NCBI GenBank assembly: GCA_951406725.2
Contig: OX597815.1
Location: 201,190,001 to 201,254,000, forward strand
Length of the DNA: 64,000 bases
Direction of reading: 5' to 3'
From: Octopus vulgaris
Taxonomy: Eukaryota
This document shows, piece by piece, positions 27,163-39,185 of the stretch (the stretch's first letter is position 1; every line of letters starts with the position of its first letter). Below the pieces are notes generated by a model that ran no database searches, was not told the origin of the DNA, and saw only the letters and a program-made list of their open reading frames with translations. A program made the translations under genes and the position numbers.

Positions 27163-28409
27163 TTGAGAAATAGATATATACAGATATACAATACATATAT
27201 ATATGACTGTACGTATGTGCGTGCATTTTCTCTTTGTGTGTATATGCGTATGCGTAGCGCATATGTGTTCTTATCGATGTTCAAAAGTGAATGTGTTAAC
27301 GACATCGCTATATATCATTGACGTACTTGGAAATCAAAACAACTATCACACAATCTTGATAATTGTAATATAAAATTCGTGGGCATTTATCAACAACCGA
27401 TATGTCTAGAAGAAATAGACTGTTATACATAATATTAACATTTGTGTCTAACACAAATGATATCAATATATTCGATTAGGATTTAAATATTCAGCCGGAA
27501 ATTCTCAGTAATTTAATCCAGTCGGCACAGTCAAAGATCTCATAAATAAAAGCTTCTCATTCAAATTCAGTAGACGTTGGACGAGAACGAAATTTGAACG
27601 AAAGTTACTGCTGTAAATTTTCTATCATTTGCAATGGCGGCATTGATTATGAAAGATAAACATTTTGGAAATTAATATACCGAAATGGCAAAAAGCAAAA
27701 TGAAAAGAAAACTGCGTAAAAATGGAGAACTGAGACAGCTCTAATGTTTTATATCAGCTACTATTGGTCACTTTGATGAATGGTGTCTAAATCGAGAAGT
27801 GGGATGTAAAGATACTATAAAATATGTAGGTTAAAAACGTATGAGTAGAATATGTCACACTGCAACGAGAAGAAAATAAGAATCGGGAATATGAAAATGG
27901 GTCAAAACATGGTTATAAAATAAAATAAAACACAACGTTAATATCACTTGTTAAATTCCCGATACAGTTTAATTCATGGTAAATAATTATCTACGAAACA
28001 AATATATATGTATGTGTGTGTGTATGTGGCATTTGAACTTAATAATATTGTTTTTACTGTTCTTGGAAATCATGAATAATTATTCATCAATACAGGTCTG
28101 TTGTGATGTTCTATAACACGTTTGACAGATGAATAACCAAATCGTGTTGGATTATTATTTATATAGCGGCGTTAATTATTGAACCTTCAGAACTACGTCA
28201 ACATAATAACATTTCATGATGCCTTATGCCGTTTCCAATGATATATACGAAAAAAAAGTACAGAGACAACAAATAAGAAAAGGAGGAAACTATAAAAGAT
28301 TTTATGAGATCAAGAAACTTACACGCACACATAAAAAAGAAGGATAGTATTTAATTAAAAAATGTGGAGATGAGTTTACGAAGGAATAAATTGCGATAAT
28401 CTTCTCTTT

Positions 28410-28590
28410 TTTTTTCCTTTTAGTTGTTTCAGTCATTAGACTGCGGCCATGCAGGTGCACCGCTTTTAAGGATTTTTAGTCGAATTTACTTGCACCAGTA
28501 GTTATTCTTTTTAAAGCCTGTTAATTATTTCTCTTACTCTTTTATTTCTGTTACTTGATTCATTTCCCTAACCGCTAAATTACGGGGGGC
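28410..28590 (-). mobile_element. SINE family A 3' fragment abutting the PLE ORF
   Basis: gtttcagtcattagactgcggccatgc...accgctaaattacgggg. Confidence 0.75.
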
Positions 28591-28615
28591 CCAACAGCAT
28601 AATCAGCAAAAAATA

Positions 28616-30382
28616 ATGTATAACCTTAGGACATTAATCAACACATACCGAGAAGGACTCACGGACAAGGAGTATGAATACATCACTAACTTCAAATGCA
28701 AATCGAGTTTGTTCTATGGTATCCCTAAAGTACACAAAAGCCAAATAATTAGAGAAACATGCAAAACATCTACCGATATACTCATCAAAATCCCTTCACC
28801 AAATTATCTTAAACTTAGACCGATAACAGCAGGGCCAGCATGTGAGACTCACCGCCTCAGCAATTTCGTAGACACACTGCTTAAACCTTTCCTAAAACAC
28901 ATCAAAAGCTACGTAAGAGACGATATAGACATGCTCAACCACCTCCATGAAACAGTCAATGAGAAAACCCTCCTAGTATCATTCGACGTAGTTAATCTTT
29001 ATTCTAGCATCCCTCACAACCTAGGAATAGAAGCGATCACCTTCTGGCTGAATAACTACTCCTTTGAACTCCCAACTCGCATAAACAAAGACCTTATAAT
29101 AAAAGGACTTAGATTTATCTTAGAAAACATTTACTTTATTTTTGACAATAATTTCTACAGACGAAGATCGGGAACAGCGATGGGCACGCGTACTGCACCC
29201 TCTTTTGCCAACCTAGTGATGGGATACCTCAAGAAAATACTCTACCAGATAACACTCGAGAAATTTGGAAACACCTTCTCCACCTATATCCAGAACAACT
29301 GGAAAAGATACCTCGATGACTGTTTCATCATCTGGGATAAAAGTATAGAGAAACTTGAGGAATTTAAAATACTATTAAATGGAATAAATGATAATATACA
29401 ATTCACGATGGATCATAACGAAGAAGAATTACCATTTTTAGACATCCTCATTAAGAAAATCGGCAACAAAATAGAGACAGATATCTACTATAATCCGACA
29501 GACTCCAAACAGTACCTACCTTTTGATTCATGCCACCCACGACACACTAGAATAAATGACCCTTTTTGTTTAGCTAGAAGGATTTGCACCATAATATCAG
29601 ACACAAACACCCGACACACACGTCTCCAGGAACTTAGAACCACACTCACAAATAGAAACTATCCACAGCCCCTAATAGACAGTGCAATCCAAAGGGCACT
29701 TAAATTAAGTATAGAAGACCTGAGACAAACAAAACCAAAAACGAAAGAACAATTAAAAACCCTTCCCTACATCTCTACACACAACCCACTCTACAATGAG
29801 GCCTTCAGCACCATACTACAAAGCACAGCCCTGCTAAAGGGAGACCCAAAGATGAACCGGATCCTCGAAACACACACCATCATTAAAAGTAAACGGCAAC
29901 CAAAATCCTTGAAAAGGATTTTAACCCAAGCTAAACTGCACTCAACATCAACCACAAAGCCAGCAGTTAGAAAATGTGGAAGGCCCAACTGCGGAATCTC
30001 TGTCGTCTTGGTAGAAGGTTCAGAATTTATACTAGAACAAGGCCATCAGTTCACCATTAGAGCAAACTTCACCTGCGCATCAGAAAACTTAATTTACGTC
30101 TTAACATGCGCAGGCTGCAATAGGCAGTATATAGGCCATACAAAAAATAGCTTACGTAACAGGATGGCGGTGCATAAATCACAAATTAGAAACCCTGAAT
30201 ACCGGAAAATACCGGTCAGCGGACACATAGATAGATGTGCTGCAAATGTAAATCCGAAATTTACAACTTACCCACTTTATAAATTCAGTGACAGCGTAAC
30301 CTTCACGCAACGCCAAAATAAAGAACTTTATTTCATCAAAAAATTTAGACCAAGTTTGAACACCCTGGGCCAGGAATATTAA
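28616..30382 (+). CDS. Penelope-like element (Neptune-type) RT + GIY-YIG endonuclease ORF, 5'-truncated
   Basis: 588-aa uninterrupted ORF. RT motifs: FYGIPKVHK, LRPIT, SFDVVNLY, GTAMGT..APSFANL, RYLDD, LPFLD, YLPFDSCHP. Cys-rich linker CGRPNCGIS. GIY-YIG region FTCASENLIYVLTCAGCNRQYIGHT..LRNRMAVH. The N-terminal DKG region is absent and a SINE remnant lies immediately upstream. Confidence 0.95.
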   Translation: MYNLRTLINTYREGLTDKEYEYITNFKCKSSLFYGIPKVHKSQIIRETCKTSTDILIKIPSPNYLKLRPITAGPACETHRLSNFVDTLLKPFLKHIKSYVRDDIDMLNHLHETVNEKTLLVSFDVVNLYSSIPHNLGIEAITFWLNNYSFELPTRINKDLIIKGLRFILENIYFIFDNNFYRRRSGTAMGTRTAPSFANLVMGYLKKILYQITLEKFGNTFSTYIQNNWKRYLDDCFIIWDKSIEKLEEFKILLNGINDNIQFTMDHNEEELPFLDILIKKIGNKIETDIYYNPTDSKQYLPFDSCHPRHTRINDPFCLARRICTIISDTNTRHTRLQELRTTLTNRNYPQPLIDSAIQRALKLSIEDLRQTKPKTKEQLKTLPYISTHNPLYNEAFSTILQSTALLKGDPKMNRILETHTIIKSKRQPKSLKRILTQAKLHSTSTTKPAVRKCGRPNCGISVVLVEGSEFILEQGHQFTIRANFTCASENLIYVLTCAGCNRQYIGHTKNSLRNRMAVHKSQIRNPEYRKIPVSGHIDRCAANVNPKFTTYPLYKFSDSVTFTQRQNKELYFIKKFRPSLNTLGQEY

Positions 30383-30619
30383 AACAAAACATTGGTCCTC
30401 CGAAAAAGAGAAACGAAATTCTACCACAACCACTACGACTGCCCCAACTCGCACTACTACTACAACCACCGTGGTCACTGTTGCTACGGCCACAGTGAGA
30501 AAATTATAATAATGGATGTGGGGCGAATTACAATTTCTCAGATCCTTAAACAGTCACTCACGCTGACAGTGATATGTCTTAGGGAAGGACAAATTTATAA
30601 AAAGATCTCTTTCTCTGCG

Positions 30620-30990
30620 AGCAGATCTAATCCTGATTCGTCAAAAAATTGATGGCGTGTTACTTCAGTGGTCAAGCTATTGTCACCCTGCTTGGTCGGT
30701 TTCCTCACACGATACAGCTATGGGTCAGACCCGATTCTGATTCGTCAAAACATTGATGACGTCTTTCTTCCGTGGCCAAACTACTCGTTCTGCAGGACTA
30801 GCCACCTAACAGGATACAGTCATGGGTCAGATTTAATTTCGATTCGTCAAAAAAATGATGACGTGTATCTTCTGTGGCCAAACTGTCGTTCCGCTTGGTT
30901 GGTTTCCTAACAGGATACAGTTAGGAGTCTTTTCACTATATTCGTTCAGACTGGGTTTTGATTCGTTTGGAACTTTATGACGTCAGTGAA
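30620..30990. repeat. Diverged tandem array, about 3.3 units of ~101-119 bp
   Basis: Recurring cagaYYYRatYYYgattcgtcaaaa...tgatgRcgt...gtggYcaa...gatacag at ~30621, 30726 and 30827, with a partial unit at 30946. Confidence 0.85.
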
Positions 30991-31343
30991 CAGTGCAAGT
31001 TACCACAGCTTAGCTGAGCTGATATAAATCCAACAATCACAAAATTTACCAAAATTATGCGAGCAGACACCGACCAAAAATCATTACTGTTGCTCCCATT
31101 GGAACACAAGGTAAAATCTAAAATGAACTCCTCGCCTTTTCAAGAACATGAATTTTTAGATTTGACTCTATTGAATGTATGTCACAATTATGAACTATTA
31201 CATCATACTCTTTAAACATATAGGATGGACTCTCTTTATTATATATAAAAAAATTTGTTTTGATAAGGTTCGTCATTTCAAGAACCGAAACATGTTAAAT
31301 TAAAATTTGTCTAATATAGCAGCATTTTCAAACTTCATTTTTT

Positions 31344-31380
<37 letters not shown>

Positions 31381-31394
31381 AAAAAAAAATTTTT

Positions 31395-32330
31395 TTTTAC
31401 ATTCAGCTCAGAGCTGCGGCCATGCTGATGCACCACCGTTTTGTGGTACACTGTTATTGCGACGAACCTCGTCTGTTATGTGGCACTTGGTGAAGAATGG
31501 AGTTTGATACAGCTACTCTCATTTGCACCTCTTGCCGTGAGGTAGGTCCATCTGGGACTCTTGACAAGAAGATGTCCAGTTTTGATTTAGAAAAACCGCT
31601 ACATCTACTTTGTTCAAGTTCCTCAGACTCTTTGGGAGAATATTAAAAAGCTGTGGGCCCTTGAAACCCAGGCTGTTGCAGAAGCTGGTCCTGAAGCGTG
31701 ATGGCATTGCTGGGATCTTTGGCACTATGCAGTGTCGTCCCGTTCTAGCATTGGTGTAGCTTACAATGCCAAAATTTGGCACAATTCCTTCAAGGATCTT
31801 CCAGACATATATTACTGCATACTTCTCCCGTCTTCTCTCCAGGGAGTAGAGTCTTAGCTGTTTCAGCCTTTCCCAGTAGCTGAGCTGTTGCAAAGAGACA
31901 ATCTTCTTTGTGAATCTTCTCTGGATTGCTTCAAGGTCTGTTGTTAATTTACACTGGTGGGTGACCATAGCTGTGAACAGTAATCCAGGCGACTGAGGAC
32001 GAATGTCCGCCAGAGGACCATCATGGTTTCCTTATCTCTGGTTCTGAATTTTCTTAGAATCCACCCAGCCAGTTGTCTGCACTTTGTCGCCATCCTGGTA
32101 ATGTGCACTTGGAAAGTGGTATCATCACTCATGTCGATACCCAGGTCCCTCACAGACTTAGGATCTGGGATTGAAATTCCCTGTGGACCGGTGTATCCTG
32201 TAAGTTTAATATTCAGTTTTGGATGCTGGTAGCGCAGGGCCTGGAATTTCTCAGCATTAAACTGCATATTATTATCCTCAGCCCATCTGTAGATTGAATC
32301 CAACTCCTGCTGCAGGTGTGCAACATCGCT
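31395..32330 (-). mobile_element. CR1/L2-like LINE 3' part (RT C-terminus)
   Basis: LQQELDSIYRWAEDNNMQFNAEKFQ..RDLGI..SRLDYCSQLWSP; LEAIQRRFTK..SYWERLKQLRLYSLERRR. Confidence 0.9.
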
Positions 32331-32384
32331 GTATATATTTAGATATATAGATATATGTATGTATATATGTATGTATAGATATAT

Positions 32385-32470
32385 ACGACGGGCATCTTTC
32401 TGTTTCTCTCTACCAAATCCATTCATAAATTTTGGGTTGGTGCCAGGCTATGGTAGAAGACACTTGCTCT
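32385..32470 (-). mobile_element. SINE family A fragment
   Basis: acgacgggcatctttc...taccaaatccattc...agaagacacttg. Confidence 0.7.
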
Positions 32471-32623
32471 CCGTCTTGAAGAACTTTTAGATTAATAAGC
32501 TGAGTCCAGTACAATCTGTTAAGTCTGATACTTATTCTATTGGTTGTCAAGCGCTGGTGGAAGACAAAGCACAAAGACACACAAACATAAGATTATATAT
32601 CTGTGACCATTTATGTGTACATA

Positions 32624-32754
<131 letters not shown>

Positions 32755-32759
32755 GCTTT

Positions 32760-32860
32760 CAGGAGGCTGATTAGTTGGTGTAAAGGAAACACACTTAGTC
32801 GGTTCGACTCCCACGCGGATAGAAAAGCCTTCATTTTTCTGTCGAGGGCTTACATGACTC
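32760..32860 (+). mobile_element. tRNA-derived SINE head remnant in (TA)n
   Basis: tagttggtgtaa (A box-like) and ggttcgactccc (B box). Confidence 0.5.
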
Positions 32861-32930
32861 CTTATTAGACCATTTTCTTTAGTTATTGCACGGTGGTCGC
32901 CATAAGCTTTAAACTCATATGAAAAGTACC

Positions 32931-33015
<85 letters not shown>

Positions 33016-33019
<4 letters not shown>

Positions 33020-33286
33020 TAGAGATAAAACCACTATTAGGCAACTCAAACAGGGAAGATCATAAACAATACATAGAAAAAAATTAATTAATATTAATAT
33101 TAATACTAATATTAATTAATTTATTTAGTAATTAATTAATTTTTTTCTATGTATTGGTTTATGATTTTCACTGTTTGAGTTGCCTAATAGTGGTTTTATC
33201 TCTAATTTAATATAATATATATTTATACTATAAAATTAGATTTAATCCTAAATCTAATTTTCCCCTGTAAGTTTGGATTTACTCCC

Positions 33287-33290
<4 letters not shown>
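33016..33290 (+). mobile_element. Related pLTR fragment with inverted duplication
   Basis: Inverted arms 33016-33090 / 33129-33208. The tail resembles the reverse complement of 34501-34576. Confidence 0.7.
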
Positions 33291-33325
<35 letters not shown>

Positions 33326-33337
33326 TATATATACAAG

Positions 33338-33496
33338 AGGCGCTTCTTTCAGTTTCCGTGTACCAAATGCATTCATAGGAATTTGGTAGGCCCAAGGCTA
33401 CAGCATAAGCTACTTGCCCAAGGTGACATACAGAGAACCTGTGCTCGGAACCATATGTAGCTGGGGAGGAAACTTCATACCACACAGTGTGCGCCT
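33338..33496 (-). mobile_element. SINE family A 5' half, diverged
   Basis: cttctttcagtttccg...cttgcccaagg...accacacag..gcgcct. Confidence 0.75.
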
Positions 33497-34102
33497 ATAT
33501 ATATATATATATATATAGATAAAACTTATAAGAAAATGTTTTAGCCCACTTTCTCTCTCTCTCTCCGCATGCTAGACTTCCTTTTCAGCAAATTTTCCGT
33601 TTACTTTTTTCCCCAGGTTAATAAGTTAGAAACATCCTCATTGCATAATATACATTCTCGAAACCATAAGTGTGCAAAATGTCATTTGAAAATATGAATA
33701 TTAATAGAAATTATACTCAAAGAAAATCAGTTGGTGCAGAATAATCCGAAACTCTGGAGAGAAGAAAGTCATGCTCTCGACATAATTAAAGAGGAGAGAC
33801 GCAGAGAAACTGGAAAAGAAATAAGAAAAAACAAGGTAAAAGAAATAAAACTGAAATTCCAGTGAAAGTATCTACGTGGTGTTTGCTTGCATATTGGCAG
33901 CTGACAGGCCGGAGCCAACTTGGAAGTTGAGGCTGGATGCTTATTGTACAAGAGGGAATTCAAGCGAAACGTGTGACTGCGGATTAGCATCGGATGTTTG
34001 CATGCACTTGTATTACTGATAACGCATTATATATGTGTGTGTCTGTATATATATATATATATATATATGCATAAACTAAAATATATATATATATATATAT
34101 AC

Positions 34103-34155
<53 letters not shown>

Positions 34156-34185
34156 CATATAAATATCTATATCTATCTATCTATC

Positions 34186-34247
<62 letters not shown>

Positions 34248-34448
34248 TAAATAAATGGAGTTTAACGCAGGTGTAATCAAATATTTTTACTTTCGACACA
34301 GGTTTCGAAACTTCCACTGATACTATTCAAAAGAATAAATGAAATCTTCTACTCAGTGAAAAAAACGAAACTCGTCAATAAGACATTTTGCTGCCCTGGT
34401 AACTATTTTTTTTTCCGTGTTAATTGTTAACAAGGTAAAAATACACTC

Positions 34449-34499
<51 letters not shown>

Positions 34500-34504
<5 letters not shown>

Positions 34505-37500
34505 ATAAATATTAGGGAATAAATCCAAATTTACAGGGAAAAAAATCAGATTTAGGATTAAATCCAATTTTATAGTAAAATATTATAAAATATTATTAGA
34601 GACAGAACCACTATTTTGCAAAACAAACAAGGAAAGACTTAATCAATACATAAAATTGTAATAAATAGTCAAAAAAGGCGCCACTACAATCGTTTCTTGT
34701 CTTGATCGACAATCTTCAGGTGGACTTCCAATCTAAAATAACAATATTTTAAAATATAAAAATAATAATTTTAAAATAATTAAAGTATGAATGAAAAAAT
34801 ATAAATATATAATCCATATATAACCTATATATAATCCATATATAATCAATATATAAACAATATATAAACTAAAATAAACCAATCAACAATTAAATATAAA
34901 ATATAAAATATAAAATATAAAACAAAACAAAAAAAAATAATAATAATATAATAATAAACTATATATACACCCATACACATATACCTAATTATATATAACC
35001 ATATCTAACTACATACACTAAATCACACACCTATATATATATCCCTATACATACACATAAAAACGTCTAGGCAACTATAAATAAATAAAATAGCTAAATA
35101 CGTCAACACAATACTTATTCATACTCCCACACACACACACATACAACCCACATTCACGCTCTAGAAAACGGACATCACTCAAAATTATGAACGGAGAAAT
35201 GGAATAAATGGAATTAAAAATTATATTCACTTGGTAAAACGAACACTACTTAAAAATTATGAATGAAACAATGCAATAAAACAACAGACATCGCAAATAG
35301 ACACAAATTACTACGAATTCCTTAACAAACCCACCATGATAAACCAAAACTCATAAAAACATATAATGATAAAATCTCCCTTTACTAAACTCTATAACAT
35401 ACCTATATAGCAATCCCCCTAACCTAAACATTCACACACAAATACACACACGTAAACCACACACCCACGACATATACAAATACCCACACCACTTACACAT
35501 ACCAATACATACATATAAACCTCAATATATACTCCAAAAACCCACTCAACCCCACACAGACAAAAAAACACAAAAATTATGAATGGATTCTTTTATAAAA
35601 CTACCATGATAATCGAAAACTCACAAAACAGAAATGATAAAACCTCCCTTTACTAAACACTATAACATACTTATATAGCAATCCCTTTAACCTATACATT
35701 CACACACAAATACACACACATAAACCACACACCCATAACAAATACAAACACCCACCCCACTCACACACACCCACAAGTACATATAAGCCTCAACATATAC
35801 ACCCAACAAAATTACTTTACCAAGGAACTTAACATATGTATAAAAAGTATAACCGCTCTGGAAACGAACATCTCTAAATTAATGAATGGAGAAATGGAAT
35901 AAATGGAATTAAAAATAATATTCACATGGCAAAACGAACACCACTCAAAATTTATGAATGAAACAATGTAATAAAACAACCAACATCGAAAATAGACAAA
36001 TTACCACGAATTTCCTAAAAAAACCATGATAAACCAAAACTCTTAAAAACATATAACGATAAAATCTCCCTTTGCTAAACTCTATAACAAACCTATATAG
36101 CAATCCCCCTAACCTAAACATTCACACACAAATACACACACATAAACCTCAGACCCACGACTTATACACATACCTATACTAACTTATAAACCTCAATATA
36201 CACCAAAACCCACTCCCTCCCCACACAGACAAATTAACACATACATCCCAAAACCTAAATAACAAACCCATATACACATTCACACACAAACACACACACA
36301 CGCAAAACACACACACACAACAGATACATATACCCCCTCACATATACGCATATACATACTCACTAAACTCGATATATACAACAATATTTACACACCCACA
36401 CTCATACAGATAAATAAATTATACAACTAAAAACTCACACACAATCTCATATACATAAACACTCCTATGAAAACAACATTAAATACATCGTAATTAACCA
36501 GAATATCAAAAATAACAATATGACATAAGGATAAATAAAATACATACTTACAAGTCAGTTTCAAATTATGAAGTGAAATTAAATTCTTAGCCGTTAAAAA
36601 AATCAAACCAAAATTACGTTACCATAGAAATAACTTATGTTAAAAAAAGAATACGCGCCATGGAAAGTAAACGTCATTTAAATTATGAATGGAGAAATAG
36701 AATAAATGGAACTAAAAACTATATCCACGTGGCAAACCAACACTACTTAAAAAAATTATTATGAATGGATTCTTTAAAAAACTACCATGCAAAATCATTA
36801 TATACATTTATGAGCTTTAGCTCACCTTAGCAGCTCTAACAAACAACTTGCAGTAACCCAAACCTATTCTCGATGCCTACCTCACTACTACACTATTCCA
36901 TTCACAATTCCAAGCAACGCTAGTCCACCACCCGGTTACAATTCCCAACTCCACCCATTCATTCACAAATTCAACGACGTTCGCCTCCACAGCGCTACAT
37001 ATAAGCCTCAACATATACACCGGAGATTCACTTTCACATCCGTGCGGATGGGTGAGAGTATACATTGAGTGTAGTGATGGGGCTCCCATTACTATACACA
37101 TTTATACCTGTGTAGTAGTCTCCATGTGTATATTCACGCACGGGTATAAATGCAGGGGGTACACGCGCACGTCATTTGCGTGTACCCCCTCACATGTACA
37201 TATGCATGCTATTTGGGCTCGATATATGCAACAATGTAATAGCGCCCGCATACATGCATATGGGTGAGTTGCACAATCAAAAAACGCACACGTGTGTGTG
37301 TGCGTTCCCTGGTTGTGCAATTCACCCATCTGGGTGTGAGTGGGTGTAAGCGTATCGCTGTGGATGTCGAGCTTGACACGTATGTATATGAGTGTGTATT
37401 GGGGGGTTGTACGTATTTATTGTGTGCATGTGCTTCACGCACGTGCGTCCATGTATGGATGAATATATTGGGATTGCTATGTGGGTGTAAATTGGGTATG

Positions 37501-38160
37501 GAGGGGGAGTTTTGTCATTGTATGGGTGTGGGTTTCATTTGTGATGGTGGTTAGTTGGTGATTTTTGGTATGTTCTGTATATTTGGGTTAGTTATGTATT
37601 ATTCTAGTGTGTATAATTGTATACATATGATTGGTGTGAGTGGGATTACGCCCATTTTTGGGGATGTATGTGTTTATTTATCCGTGTGGAGCGGGAGTGG
37701 CCGTTAGGTGTATATGTTGAGGCTCACATGCAATTCCAGGTACAGCGAATGAAGTGGGCACTTATATTTGTTACGGGTGTGTGTACTTTATTATAACAGA
37801 CAATACCCAAATAAAATCTGTCAATTCAACATACCAAATAAAAAACAAAAAACAAAGGGATCATAAACATTCACACATACATACAAAACTCAATAAAAAC
37901 ACCACTAAATAACACCCATCAACATATAAATATATCCTCCAAAATACATATAACAAATGCATAATAAAAATACATAATAAAATAAAATAAAAATAAAAAA
38001 ATAAAAAAATAAAAAAAATATATAAATAAAGAAAATAAAAAAATCTAATATAAATTATTAAAGTTTTAACATACCATAAACTGTTAAATTAATATACATT
38101 AAAAATGAACTAATTAAAACAAAGAAATATCAATAAAGACTAACTATAATTAAAATATTA
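34500..38160 (-). mobile_element. 3.6-kb non-coding element ending in a hammerhead-bearing pLTR
   Basis: Bounded by (TA)n. A/C-skewed on +. Internal diverged repeats at ~35155, 35575, 35855 and 36655. Inverted G/T-rich block ~37050-37790. The terminus is shared with 26581-26752 and related to 33016-33290. Confidence 0.6.
34681..34723 (-). ncRNA. Type I hammerhead ribozyme (minimal)
   Basis: Minus strand: ccac-CTGAAGA-ttgtc gatcaa gacaa-GAAA-cgattg-TA-gtgg. All three stems pair and stem III is near-palindromic. Confidence 0.88.
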
Positions 38161-38233
38161 TATATATATATTTATATTATATATATATATTATATTATAT
38201 ATATATATTTATATTATATATATATATGCATAT

Positions 38234-38810
38234 ATGGGTACAGTATGTCACAAAATGTAAACAACATGAAATACGAAGGCAAACTTCGATATGCTAACAA
38301 CAAGAGTAACAAACGGAAAACAAGACAGGTACCATAAAGAACGACCCTTCCTCAGTTGTCAGCCGTTTATCTTTTCCACATTTTGAGCAATTCAGGAGAA
38401 TATGAGGCTTCGAAAAAGAGTTGCTCCTGCGAACAAAATTAAAATTTGGGATTTGCGGAGGGTCAAAGATGGTAACAAAGAGAGGACAGTGGACACATAC
38501 AACAAACCAAACAAAAATACCATGGAGGGCCGTTAGGCCAGACGAGATAAGATAGCGAACGCTGGAGGAATATTCTTTGACAAGAGAATAGTAAGGAAAG
38601 GAGAAAGATAAGAATGCGTGAGGTCTGTGCGAGAAAATGAAGGAAAAGGAAGTTCATCACGTGACGAAAATAAATATGGACGATGGTCTCGTGTGATCAA
38701 CGAGAGACAGTAAAGGAGGGACGGGAACAGCGAGAAAGAATACGAGAGAAACAGTTAGAAAATGGTGAAGGGGAGAAAAAAGAATTAGAGAACGGAAGAG
38801 AAAGAAAACG
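38234..38810 (-). repeat. Third copy of the TA-flanked dispersed repeat
   Basis: gacccttcctcagttgtc...tttgcggagggtc. Its terminus recurs inverted at 39050-39098. Confidence 0.55.
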
Positions 38811-38951
38811 AAAGGATGTGTACAGAGTAGAGTCGCATCAAAATTATTAACATAAACTTACATGGAAATGGATGCATGGCGTTTATATAATATATATATA
38901 TATATATAATATACATAACAAATATATATGCATATATACATACATATGTGT

Positions 38952-38986
<35 letters not shown>

Positions 38987-39107
38987 CATATATGGTTACA
39001 GGACGTCACAAAAAGGTGCGCATACCCAAGTTTGACTTCGTACTGCGTTTTGTTTTCGTATTTCATGTTGTATACGTTTTGTGACATTCTGTACCCATAT
39101 ATGCATA

Positions 39108-39185
<78 letters not shown>

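Noticed and set aside
30620-30990. CRISPR-like or tandem-hammerhead reading of the array
   Set aside because: Whole units are homologous (no unique spacers), the context is eukaryotic, and there is no complete hammerhead core.
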